DNA from: Desulfobacteraceae bacterium
GTDB taxonomy: Bacteria > Desulfobacterota > Desulfobacteria > Desulfobacterales > SpSt-501
Reading direction: 5' to 3'
Assembly: GCA_041310825.1 (NCBI GenBank)
Contig: JBFYWX010000274.1
Location: 1 to 35,366, forward strand
Length of the DNA: 35,366 nt
Below are positions 6,804-15,041 of this stretch, one piece after another. The stretch's first letter is position 1; every line of letters begins with the position of its first letter. The notes under the pieces were generated by a model. That model did not search any database, was not told the DNA's origin, and worked only from the letters and a program-made list of their open reading frames with translations. The position numbers and the translations under genes are program-made.

Positions 6804-9158
6804 TCAGGTTCCGGGGCCACCGCCGTCTCCCCCCCAGAAGGCGCGCAGCGGTTCGGCGAAGCGGGCGGGATCACGGATGCTGACCGGCCGCCAGGTCTCC
6901 GGCAGCAGGCGGCGGTAGTGGGGGGAGCCGTAGCGCTGGTCGATCAGCAGCACCACCCCCCGGTCGGTCTCGGTGCGGATGACGCGTCCGGCGGCCTGGA
7001 GCACGCGGTTGATGCCCGGGTACATGTAGGCGTATTCGAAGCCTTTCTCGAGGTGTTCGGCGAAGTAGGCGCGGATCAGCTCACGCTCCAGGCCGACGGG
7101 GGGAAGCCCCACCCCGACGATCGCGGCGCCGGAAAGCCGGGTGCCGACCAGATCGATCCCCTCCCCGAAAATCCCACCCATCACCGCGAAACCGGCCAGG
7201 GGGCGCGGGGTGTCGGCGGCAAAGCGCGCCAGGAATTCCTCCCGCTGCCGCTCCCCCATGCCCGGTTCCTGAACGACGATGTCGATGCCCGGCTCCGCTG
7301 CTCGGAACGCCTCCAGCACCAGGCGCAGGTACCGGTAGGAGGGGAAGAAAAGGAGGTAGTTGCCCCGGTGCGGCCGCACCAGGCGGTCGAGGATGCGTGC
7401 GACCTCGACCGCGGTCCGGTCGCGGTGGCGGTAGTAAGTCGACAGGCGGTCGGCGACAAAGACGGCCAGGTTCTCGACTGGAAACGGCGAGGGGAGACTC
7501 AGGGCGTCGGCCGATTCGCTTGCCAGTACGGTCTTAAAGTAGTCGAGCGGGCTCAAGGTCGCCGAAAAGAAAACGGCCGAGCGGCATCGGTTCAAGGCCT
7601 CGCCGATCCGGCGGGAGGGGTCCATGCAAAAAAGCTTGATGCGCAGCTCGTCGGACGAGGCCTCGCTGCAGGCGGCATAGCTTGCGTCGAAGCTCTCGGC
7701 CACCCGCAGAAACCCACCGGCCTCGAAGTAGCGCTCCAAGAGCGCCTCGCGAAAAGGGGCCTTCAGGTTCTTTTCGAGCCAGGTCTCGGCCGCGGCCATG
7801 AAATCGCGCAGCAGGGGATAAAGCGCCTCGGGTGCCTCGGACTCGGCGATCGGCGCCCCGGCTGCCTCGACCCGCCGGCGGGCCGCGAGCATCCAAGAGT
7901 TGATCCGGCCCAGACGGCGGTAGACGGCCGGCAGCGTCCCCTTGACCGACCGGCGCAGGTCGAGGAAGGGCGTTTTGTGCAGCTCGGCCGAGAACCTCTC
8001 CCGCGAGCGGTCCACCAGGTTGTGAGCTTCGTCCACCAGGAAGATGTAGTCGCCGGTCTCTTCCTGGAAAAAGCGCCGGAGGTAGGCCTTGGGGTCGAAG
8101 GCGTAGTTGTAGTCGCAGACGACCACATCGGCCCACTGCGAGAGGTCGAGTGCGAATTCGAACGGGCAGACCCGGAACCGGTGCGCGGCCTCGGCCACAG
8201 CCGCCCGGGTCCAGGCCGCGGACGCGAACATGGCGCGGCGGGCCGCGGGCAGGCGGTCGTAGTGGCCCCTGGCGACCTCGCACTCCTCCGGGCGGCAAGC
8301 GGCCTGAGGCGTGACGCAGATCTTTTCCTTGGCGGTCAGCGTGAGGCTTTTCAGGTGCAGCCCGCGCGTGCGCAACTCCTCGAGCGCCTTTTCGGCCGCC
8401 AGGCGGCCGGTGGTGCGGGCGGTCAGGTAGAAGAGCTTGTCGCAGGTGCGGTCCGCCAGGCTCCCCACGGCCGGGAAGAGGACCGCCAGGGTCTTGCCGA
8501 TCCCGGTGGCGGCCTGGATAAAAATGCGCCCGCCCGGCTTCAGGCTCCGGGCCACCGCGGCCACCATCTCCTGCTGGCCTGGCCGATAGGTGTCGAACGG
8601 AAAGGGCAGGCCGCGGATCGACGCGTCGCGCTGCCGCTGCCAGGCGCTGATGTGCACGGCCCACTCCAGGTAGCGTCCGATCACGGTTTCAAAAAAGGCC
8701 GCGAGCTCGGCCACGGGGAAATGACGGCGGGTCTCACGGGTCTCTCCCGTGTCGAGGCGCGCGTAGGTGAGCTGAACGCCGACCTCCTCCAGTCCGCGCT
8801 CCGCGGCGTAAATAAAAGCGTAGAGTTTCGCCTGGCCCCAGTGCAGGGGGTTTTCCTCGCGCAGGCACTCGACCGGGCTGCGCCGGGTGGTCTTGATCTC
8901 GTCGATGACCGGGACGGTGAGCGCCGCGAATACCCCGTCGATTCGTCCTGCGACGGTCAGCGCCATCTCCGGGGTTTCGACCCGGCGGGAGATGGAAACC
9001 TCCGGTGTGTAGCCGGGCGGTCGCGCCCCCTGGATTCTCTGATGCATGCGGATGGCGTCGGCCGCGCGCGAGGCCCCCGTGAACTCGACCGTCAGATCGC
9101 CACAGCGCAGCACGTGCGCCACCAGTTCACGCACCCCAACGGCCAGTTGTGTCTTCAT
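6804..9158 (-). CDS. XPD/DinG-family Fe-S DNA helicase with N-terminal PD-(D/E)xK (RecB/Cas4-like) nuclease domain
   Basis: Nuclease motifs GRIDGV, IDEIKT and QAKLY (QxxxY) lie in the first ~150 aa. Helicase motif I is AATGIGKT and the DEAH box is VDEAHNL. Four Cys between them (CVTPQAACRPEEC...VCPFE) fit an XPD-type 4Fe-4S insert. ATG 9158 is preferred over TTG 9203. Confidence 0.85.
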   Translation of the reverse strand: MKTQLAVGVRELVAHVLRCGDLTVEFTGASRAADAIRMHQRIQGARPPGYTPEVSISRRVETPEMALTVAGRIDGVFAALTVPVIDEIKTTRRSPVECLREENPLHWGQAKLYAFIYAAERGLEEVGVQLTYARLDTGETRETRRHFPVAELAAFFETVIGRYLEWAVHISAWQRQRDASIRGLPFPFDTYRPGQQEMVAAVARSLKPGGRIFIQAATGIGKTLAVLFPAVGSLADRTCDKLFYLTARTTGRLAAEKALEELRTRGLHLKSLTLTAKEKICVTPQAACRPEECEVARGHYDRLPAARRAMFASAAWTRAAVAEAAHRFRVCPFEFALDLSQWADVVVCDYNYAFDPKAYLRRFFQEETGDYIFLVDEAHNLVDRSRERFSAELHKTPFLDLRRSVKGTLPAVYRRLGRINSWMLAARRRVEAAGAPIAESEAPEALYPLLRDFMAAAETWLEKNLKAPFREALLERYFEAGGFLRVAESFDASYAACSEASSDELRIKLFCMDPSRRIGEALNRCRSAVFFSATLSPLDYFKTVLASESADALSLPSPFPVENLAVFVADRLSTYYRHRDRTAVEVARILDRLVRPHRGNYLLFFPSYRYLRLVLEAFRAAEPGIDIVVQEPGMGERQREEFLARFAADTPRPLAGFAVMGGIFGEGIDLVGTRLSGAAIVGVGLPPVGLERELIRAYFAEHLEKGFEYAYMYPGINRVLQAAGRVIRTETDRGVVLLIDQRYGSPHYRRLLPETWRPVSIRDPARFAEPLRAFWGGDGGGPGT

Positions 9159-9268
9159 GGGCAGGCGACCACAATATCCAAAATAACCGTTTGCGATTTG
9201 CAATAAAAGCTGCTATCAAAAATTCGACCGAAACGCCACGGCAACGTTTATCTCTGGAATAAATTTCC

Positions 9269-10308
9269 ATGAGCGGCTCGAACAGCACTCCCACCAAGAT
9301 CATCCCCATCGGCGCCTTGCCCGTGTGCGCCTTCCGGGACATCATCGGTCAGAGCCCCTCCATGAAGAACGTCTTCCGGACCGTGGAGAAGGTGGCATCG
9401 AGCGATACGACCATCATGCTGAACGGCGAAACCGGTACCGGCAAGGGGCTGATCGCCCGCGCGATTCACGAGTGCTCGCCGCGCCGCGCCAAGGCCTTCA
9501 TCCAGATCAACTGCGGGGCGACGCCCGAGGGGCTTCTGGAGAGCGAATTCTTCGGCTATCGACGCGGGGCTTTCACCGGTGCGGTGTCGGACAAGCCGGG
9601 CAAGTTCGAAATTGCGCACGGCGGCACGATTTTTCTGGATGAGATCGGCGACATGAGCGCCGATCTCCAGGTCAAGGTGCTGCGGGTGCTGGAGGAGGGC
9701 GAATTCGAGCGGGTCGGCGGCCACGAAACGATCAAGATCGACGCGCGCATCATTGCCGCCACCCATCGCGACCTCGAAGAAGAGGTCCAGAAGGGCCGTT
9801 TCCGGGAGGATCTTTTCTACCGCTTGTACGTGATCCCGATCCTACTGCCCTCCCTGCGGGAGCGCCGGATCGACGTGCCGCTTCTGGTGTCCCACTTCCT
9901 GGAGGAGTTCGCTCAGAAAAACCGCAAGCCCGTGATGACGGTGGCGCCCGAGGCCCTGCAGCTGATGGTGAACCACAGCTGGCCCGGGAACGTGCGCGAG
10001 CTGCGCAACCTGATCGAGCGCATCGTCGTGCTGAAGGAGGCGGCTGCCTGCGGCCGGAAGACTTGCCGCCGAAAATGGGCCGGGCGCCGGAGCCGGCCGC
10101 CCACCGGCCCCCAGCCGAGTCGGTTCGTGAGGAGACCGTCGCCTTCCAGACGGCCGTGTCCGAATTCGAAAAAGACCTGATTTTGCGCGCCCTGGAGAAA
10201 ACCAACTGGGTGAAGAACCGTGCGGCCGAGCTGCTGCGGATCAAGCGCACCACTTTGGTCGAGAAGATCAAACGCTACAGCCTGGAGAAGCCGGGGCAAG
10301 ACTCTTGA
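9269..10308 (+). pseudogene. Sigma-54-dependent transcriptional activator (AAA+ plus Fis-type HTH, no N-terminal sensory domain), split by a 1-nt frameshift
   Basis: Walker A GETGTGKG, intact GAFTGA, Walker B IFLDEIGD, and WPGNVRELRN are present. The HTH (NWVKNRAAELLRIKRTTLVEKIK) lies in the adjacent frame (track ORF 10063..10308). The frames join near 10037-10042. This is either a true pseudogene or an assembly indel. Confidence 0.8.
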
Positions 10309-10331
10309 ACCTGTGGCGCGGAGGCTTTCAC

Positions 10332-11492
10332 ATGACGGCTGTGGACATTCTCTTCGTGGACGACGACCGGGCTATCCTCGACATCGTGCACGAATACCTT
10401 GCGGAGGCCGGCTACCGGGTCGACGTCGTGGACAACGGCCTCACCGCCCTGGAACGGATCAAGGACAAACCCTACCCGATCGTGTTCACCGACATCAAGA
10501 TGCCGGACATCGACGGACTGGAGCTCCTGGCGGCCATCAAACAGCTCCGCCCGGAGACCGAGGTGATCATCGTGACCGGGCACGGCTCCATGGAGTCCGC
10601 CATCCAGGCCATGAAGACCGGCAGCTACGATTACCTCCAAAAACCGTTCAAGCTGAACGTGTTGAAGATCCTGATCGACCGGATCATCGACGAAAAGCGG
10701 CTGCAGCAGGAGAAGATCATTCTCAAACGCCGGGTGAAGGACCGGGCGCGTTACGATGCGCTGGTGGGCATCAACCCGCTGATGCAGGCGATCTACGACA
10801 CCGTCGAGCGCATGCGGGCCTCCGGGGCGAACGTGCTGATCGAGGGGGAGATCGGTACCGGAAAAGAACTGTTGGCCCAGGTTATTCATCGCACGAGCGG
10901 GCGCGGCGGCAAGCCGCTGGAGACCCTGACCTGTCAGAGCATCTTCAAAAACCTTCCCCCGGAGCGGTACGCTGAGCGGGTGCGGGAGATTCTGGGCGCG
11001 GCCGCCGGCGGGACCCTCTTTTTGGACGAGGTGTGCGAGCTCCCGCCCGAGGCTCAGGCGCATATCACCGCCCTCCGGGGAGAGGCAGAAACGCAGTCCG
11101 ACCCTGGCGCGGGTCCGGCGGCGGTGCGCCTGATCGCCGCCACCCAGCGCCCGGTCGAAGAGGCGGTCGCGAAGGGGATTCTTTCGAAGGGGATGGCGGC
11201 GGTCGTCAACCGGGTCCTCATCCGCATGCCTCCCCTGCGGGAACGCAAGGAGGACATCTGTCCGCTCATCAACCACTTCCTGCACCAGTTCAACACGCAC
11301 AGCCCGAAGAAAGTCTACGCCGTCGCCCCGGATGCCATGGAGTACCTGCTCGGCTACGCCTGGCCGGGGAACGTCATCCAGCTGGAAAATGTGATCGAAC
11401 GGGCCTTTGCGCTCGGTGTGGAATGGGTGATCCAGATCGATGACCTGCCTGCGGAAATACGCGCAGCCGGTGAAATCTCCCGTTTGAGCTGA
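10332..11492 (+). CDS. Response-regulator receiver fused to a degenerate sigma-54-type AAA+ domain (no GAFTGA, no HTH)
   Basis: REC domain: ILFVDDD...FTDIKMPDIDG...KP. AAA+ domain: Walker A GEIGTGKE, Walker B LFLDEV, WPGNVIQLENV. No GAFTGA loop, and the protein ends ~25 aa after the AAA+ lid. GGAGG lies 7 nt before the ATG at 10332. Confidence 0.8.
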   Translation: MTAVDILFVDDDRAILDIVHEYLAEAGYRVDVVDNGLTALERIKDKPYPIVFTDIKMPDIDGLELLAAIKQLRPETEVIIVTGHGSMESAIQAMKTGSYDYLQKPFKLNVLKILIDRIIDEKRLQQEKIILKRRVKDRARYDALVGINPLMQAIYDTVERMRASGANVLIEGEIGTGKELLAQVIHRTSGRGGKPLETLTCQSIFKNLPPERYAERVREILGAAAGGTLFLDEVCELPPEAQAHITALRGEAETQSDPGAGPAAVRLIAATQRPVEEAVAKGILSKGMAAVVNRVLIRMPPLRERKEDICPLINHFLHQFNTHSPKKVYAVAPDAMEYLLGYAWPGNVIQLENVIERAFALGVEWVIQIDDLPAEIRAAGEISRLS

Positions 11493-11740
11493 GCCCTTAA
11501 TCCGCCAGCATCGGATCCACCGCGACGCGCACATGCGGCCTGAGGCTCCGCGGAGGCCGATCTCCTCAAGACCGGCCCCCTCACCCGCGTTCCGCGAGCG
11601 CCGCGGGGGGGGGGCTCAGGAGGCACTCCCGGGCGATGGTTCGGATGCCGCTGTTTGGCGATGCGGCGATAGGCATGTTTGATCTGGCCAAGGCTGGAGT
11701 GCCGGTCGACTCCCGGGATGACATAGTAGTTCTTGAGCAT
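11354..11740 (-). pseudogene. J-domain-like N-terminal fragment (HPN instead of HPD), probably decayed
   Basis: MLKNYYVIPGVDRHSSLGQIKHAYRRIAKQRHPN resembles J-domain helices I-II. It is followed by a low-complexity P/R/G tail, contains a 10-nt C run, and overlaps the 3' end of the gene on the other strand by 139 nt. GGAGA lies 7 nt upstream of the ATG. Confidence 0.3.
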
Positions 11741-11856
11741 GCCACCATCTCCGGCCAACCGAACGGGAGGGCATCGGCCTGCGCCCAGTTCCGACCGAAC
11801 GCCCGGGGTACCGAAACGGCGTTCGGATCCCCGGGCGGGTTCGGCCGTTCAGTTCA

Positions 11857-12261
11857 TCACACGCTCTTGATTGCGATCTTGCGGGGCGTCGCCTTTTCGA
11901 CCTTCGGCAGGCTCAGTCGCAATACCCCTTGGTTCAACTGGGCGTCGATCCTGCTCTGGTCGATCACCTCCGAGAGCGTGAACTGCCGGTAGTAGCGCCC
12001 GGTCTCGTATTCCAGGACCAAGTATTCCTCGTCGGCGGCTTCCTGCCGCTCCACGTCGCCCGTGATGGTGAGAATGTTGTCGCGCAAGTCAATGTTCATA
12101 TGTTCCGGCTTCACGCCGGGGATGTCGGCCAAAAGGGTAATGGCTTTCTCCGTCTCGAAGATGTCCACCTCCGGTGTGAACACCAATCCCTGCACCATCT
12201 GCTCGGCCGGAGCCGTCACCTCCTGCTTCTCCTTGACTTTGATCTCTTTGCTGTCGGTCAT
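11857..12261 (-). CDS. Hsp20/alpha-crystallin family small heat-shock protein
   Basis: Alpha-crystallin domain pattern: VDIFETEKAITLLADIPGVKPEHMNIDLRDNILTITGD...GVLRLSLPK. Confidence 0.9.
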   Translation of the reverse strand: MTDSKEIKVKEKQEVTAPAEQMVQGLVFTPEVDIFETEKAITLLADIPGVKPEHMNIDLRDNILTITGDVERQEAADEEYLVLEYETGRYYRQFTLSEVIDQSRIDAQLNQGVLRLSLPKVEKATPRKIAIKSV

Positions 12262-12283
12262 CGATCGGCCCTCCTCCCTGTGA

Positions 12284-12739
12284 CTAGCGCACGCTGATAT
12301 GACGCGGTTTGGCCGCTTCGGCCTTAGGTACGACGACGGTCAGGACACCGTTCACGAGGCCTGCCTCCACCTGGTCCGGGTTGATCTCCCCGGGCAGGCT
12401 GACGACGCGTGAAAAGCGGCCCGCCTCCCGCTCCCGGCGGTGATAGCGGGTGCCGCGGTCTTCCTCGGGGATTTTGCGTTCACCGGCCAGGGACAGGGTG
12501 TTGGCGGTGGCCTGGATGTCGAGATCCTCGGAGCGGACACCCGGCAGCTCGGCGCGCAGGATATAGCTGTCTTTTGATTCGGTCAGGTTGACCAACGGGA
12601 AGACTCCGGCGGCCGGGCGCACAAACGGGCTCGTAAATCCCTGGTAGAGCCGCTCCATCTGGCGCCGCATGTTTTCGAGCTCCGAGAACGGGTTGCGGGT
12701 TTCCCGGCCGGGGGATCCGAAGATGCGTCGGTAGATCAT
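12284..12739 (-). CDS. Hsp20/alpha-crystallin family small heat-shock protein
   Basis: VNLTESKDSYILRAELPGVRSEDLDIQATANTLSLAGER...GRFSRVVSLPGEINPDQVEAGLVNGVLTVVVPK. AAAGGAGGG lies 5 nt before the ATG. It sits 22 nt upstream of the second hsp20 gene. Confidence 0.9.
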   Translation of the reverse strand: MIYRRIFGSPGRETRNPFSELENMRRQMERLYQGFTSPFVRPAAGVFPLVNLTESKDSYILRAELPGVRSEDLDIQATANTLSLAGERKIPEEDRGTRYHRREREAGRFSRVVSLPGEINPDQVEAGLVNGVLTVVVPKAEAAKPRHISVR

Positions 12740-12803
12740 GATTGCCCTCCTTTCGCATGAGTGAATCGAATCGCTTTTTTATGGACTTGTCTGTTACGGA
12801 CGG

Positions 12804-12831
12804 AATCTAAAACTTAAACACGATATGTCAA
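12804..12831 (-). promoter_or_regulatory. Sigma-70-type promoter of the hsp20 operon inside an AT-rich block
   Basis: On the minus strand: TTGACA (12831-12826), 16-nt spacer, TAGATT (12809-12804). An A/T-rich upstream stretch (12832-12900) resembles an UP element. Confidence 0.55.
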
Positions 12832-12973
12832 GATTATGATTTTTTCTTTGTACATTAGTTACGATAAATTTTATTGATTTAAAGTAATGAATGGTAAGCG
12901 CAACGGTTCCCCCGAGTTCGAGAATCGTATTCGGGTACGTGACCGGGAACGCGTGCGGAGTGACGGCGGGGTG

Positions 12974-13006
12974 CGGCCGCGTGCCCCACGGGCTGACACG
13001 CGGCCG
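12974..13006 (-). terminator. GC-rich hairpin just downstream of the LysM gene
   Basis: Perfect 10-bp inverted repeat CGGCCGCGTG (12974-12983) / CACGCGGCCG (12997-13006) with a 13-nt loop. It lies 5 nt past the stop at 13011-13013. There is no U tract. Confidence 0.35.
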
Positions 13007-13010
13007 AAGC

Positions 13011-13691
13011 TCAATTGGTTTTGGCAGGGCCGACGGTCAGCTTCTGGCCGGGGCGAATCGGGTCTTTCGCGGAGATGTTGTTGAGCTTGAGCAGTTGGTC
13101 GACCGTCATATCGTGCCGGCGGGCGATGCTGAAAAGGGTATCGCCTTTCTGAACCAGATAGACCTTGGCGACGGGAGCTTTCTCGACCCTTGCCGCCGCG
13201 GCCGGGGGCCTGGGCGCCGCCCCTTCGGGCCGAGGTGCGGGGCTGTCGGCCTTGGCGGCGGGAGCCTCCGGCTTGGGTGCGGGTTTGGCGGCCTCCCGCG
13301 CGATTTGGTCGATGCGCCGTCCCAGGCTGGATTCGAGTTGGCTGATCCGCTCGGAGAGGGCGGCCAGATCCTTCTCCTTGCGGTCCAGGCGCGCCAACCC
13401 GGTGTCGATCCACTCCAGCTTGGCTAATTTTTCCTCGATTTGGTTCAGGCGGGCGTCCATGGCCTTGACCTGGTCTTTTTCAGCCGAGCGGGGAGAGCCC
13501 GAGAAAAACATCAAGGCCACGACCACCGCGATCAACAGCCCCGCACCCGCGATCAGGATCGTCTTCAAGGACAGTTTGCCGGCGCTCTCCTCGCCGCCGG
13601 CGTAGCGGTTGGACGCCTCCCGCTCTGGGCCCCCCTCGTACTTGCCGCTCATCACAAAATCATCCTTGCGGCCGTCGTCACGCTCCTGCAT
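13011..13691 (-). CDS. LysM peptidoglycan-binding protein with N-terminal TM anchor and coiled coil
   Basis: C-terminal LysM domain: YLVQKGDTLFSIARRHDMTVDQLLKLNNI...PGQKLTV. TM segment: LKTILIAGAGLLIAVVVALMFF. AAAGGAGA lies 8 nt before the ATG at 13691. The ORF-track start at 13790 is less likely. Confidence 0.8.
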   Translation of the reverse strand: MQERDDGRKDDFVMSGKYEGGPEREASNRYAGGEESAGKLSLKTILIAGAGLLIAVVVALMFFSGSPRSAEKDQVKAMDARLNQIEEKLAKLEWIDTGLARLDRKEKDLAALSERISQLESSLGRRIDQIAREAAKPAPKPEAPAAKADSPAPRPEGAAPRPPAAAARVEKAPVAKVYLVQKGDTLFSIARRHDMTVDQLLKLNNISAKDPIRPGQKLTVGPAKTN

Positions 13692-13799
13692 CGACACGTC
13701 TCCTTTTGGGACGGGTTGGCCCTCAGATGGTGGGGACGAAGATTCCATCTCGCCTATATGTAGGATATTCCAATTAGAAAGGCAACCCAAAAGAGGGGG

Positions 13800-14324
13800 T
13801 CAGTTGGTCGACGCGTTTTCCGGGAGGGGAAGCACATTGCCCTCGAAGGTCACGGGGTTTTTGAAGTAGTTATCCGGATCTTTGGTCAGGTCTTGCAGCC
13901 GGTACTCGTAGAAACCGATCCGGGCCCGCTTGTTGCGTTGGGAGCCGAACTGCTCGAGCGGCATTTGTTCGAGTTCGCGGATTCTTTTCTCGATGCGCTC
14001 TCTTTCGCGTGCGATCATCTCATCGCGCGAGGGTGGAGTGGTCTGATTCGTCTCTTCGGCCTGCTCCGCCGCGCGCTGGCGCTCCTCCTCGAACTCCTGA
14101 ACGACGGCTTCCGCGGAGGGTTGTTCCGGGCCGGCCTGCGCGCCGGCCGGGGTCCGGGATGGTATTTCCTGGAAGACCACCTTGACGTCTTGGGCATTGT
14201 CCGGGGGACGGTTTCCGAAGTGGACCGTTCCGGCGGCATCGACCCAACGATAGATATCCGCGCCGGCTATCGAGAACCCGCACAGCGCCAATAGAGCAAC
14301 GACGAGCCTGCAGATGGATTTCAT
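13800..14324 (-). CDS. DUF4124-like secreted protein (paralogue of 6180-6704)
   Basis: Signal peptide MKSICRLVVALLALCGFSIAGA, then IYRWVDAAGTVHFGNRPP, then an E/R/Q-rich region. ATG at 14324. Confidence 0.7.
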   Translation of the reverse strand: MKSICRLVVALLALCGFSIAGADIYRWVDAAGTVHFGNRPPDNAQDVKVVFQEIPSRTPAGAQAGPEQPSAEAVVQEFEEERQRAAEQAEETNQTTPPSRDEMIARERERIEKRIRELEQMPLEQFGSQRNKRARIGFYEYRLQDLTKDPDNYFKNPVTFEGNVLPLPENASTN

Positions 14325-14397
14325 GGCCTTGCGCCTTTCTTTAAACCGGGACGACCTGCGATTCGGGCCTCCGCCCAGCCATGTCGGTTGAAACCGC

Positions 14398-14949
14398 TCA
14401 TTTCTGTTTCTCCACATAGGCTTTGATCGCGCGTCCCTGCGAGGAGGGCACCAGGTCGAATTTCACTCCGAACCCCTGGGGCCCGCTCCAGGCCACCTTG
14501 CCGGGAAGCGTGAAGGGCTGGGAAAAGCTCGGCAGGTTGAAATTGAGGATCACCGTTTCCCCCACCGGGACCCGCTGGTCGGTTTCGATAAAAACCCCGC
14601 CGATACTGATATCGAGGATATAGCTTCGAAAGCGGCTGCCCTGAATGCGGTAGTCGGCGTTGATCAGGCACGGCCGACGCGGGCTTTCGCGCATGCTCGG
14701 CTCGATGCCTTCCAGCCGGACGGTGTTCTCCGGTGGTTCGGTGTCCGGGGTGGCGCTGAGCTGCTCGAGCAAGAGCAACTGCTGATCCTCCGACATATCG
14801 ATGATCAGCTTGAAAAGGTGCTCGGCCACGCGGTCACCGGCCAGTTGTTTCAGCAGGATGAGCTGATGATCCTTGGGCAGATTGTGGACCAGGTTGAAGA
14901 GCTTGGCGGTGATGCCGTACTTGTCAACCGGGTGTTCGGAGTCGTGCAT
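14398..14949 (-). CDS. PilZ-domain protein (putative c-di-GMP receptor) with duplicated helical N-terminus
   Basis: PilZ motifs RESPRRP (RxxxR-type) and DISIGGVFIET (D/NxSxxG). GGAGG lies 4 nt upstream of the ATG. Confidence 0.8.
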   Translation of the reverse strand: MHDSEHPVDKYGITAKLFNLVHNLPKDHQLILLKQLAGDRVAEHLFKLIIDMSEDQQLLLLEQLSATPDTEPPENTVRLEGIEPSMRESPRRPCLINADYRIQGSRFRSYILDISIGGVFIETDQRVPVGETVILNFNLPSFSQPFTLPGKVAWSGPQGFGVKFDLVPSSQGRAIKAYVEKQK

Positions 14950-14997
14950 CGGGCCTCCAGCGCTTTCCCAAGCGACTGCGGCATAAAGAATACCTAA

Positions 14998-15026
14998 ATT
15001 ATAGGCCGATACGCCGGTAAAGTCAA
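14998..15026 (-). promoter_or_regulatory. Near-consensus sigma-70 promoter for the PilZ gene
   Basis: On the minus strand: TTGACT (15026-15021), 17-nt spacer, TATAAT (15003-14998). Confidence 0.65.
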
Positions 15027-15041
15027 ATATTGATATTTATT

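Noticed and set aside
6492-9206. Very long ORFs antisense to real genes. Examples: 6492-9206 (+, 904 aa), 15042-18176 (-, 1044 aa beyond the OsmC part), 2134-3882 (-), 10275-11534 (-), 18625-19746 (+), 20357-21262 (-), 24589-25635 (+) and 558-1640 (-).
   Set aside because: Their translations are R/G/P/A-rich low-complexity strings with no motifs. The opposite strand encodes proteins with clear catalytic signatures. These are typical stop-poor shadow frames of GC-rich DNA.
12740-12797. A ROSE-type or fourU-type RNA thermometer in the hsp20 leader.
   Set aside because: I could not draw a convincing hairpin that sequesters AAAGGAGGG, and there is no U(U/C)GCU or UUUU stretch positioned to pair with the SD.
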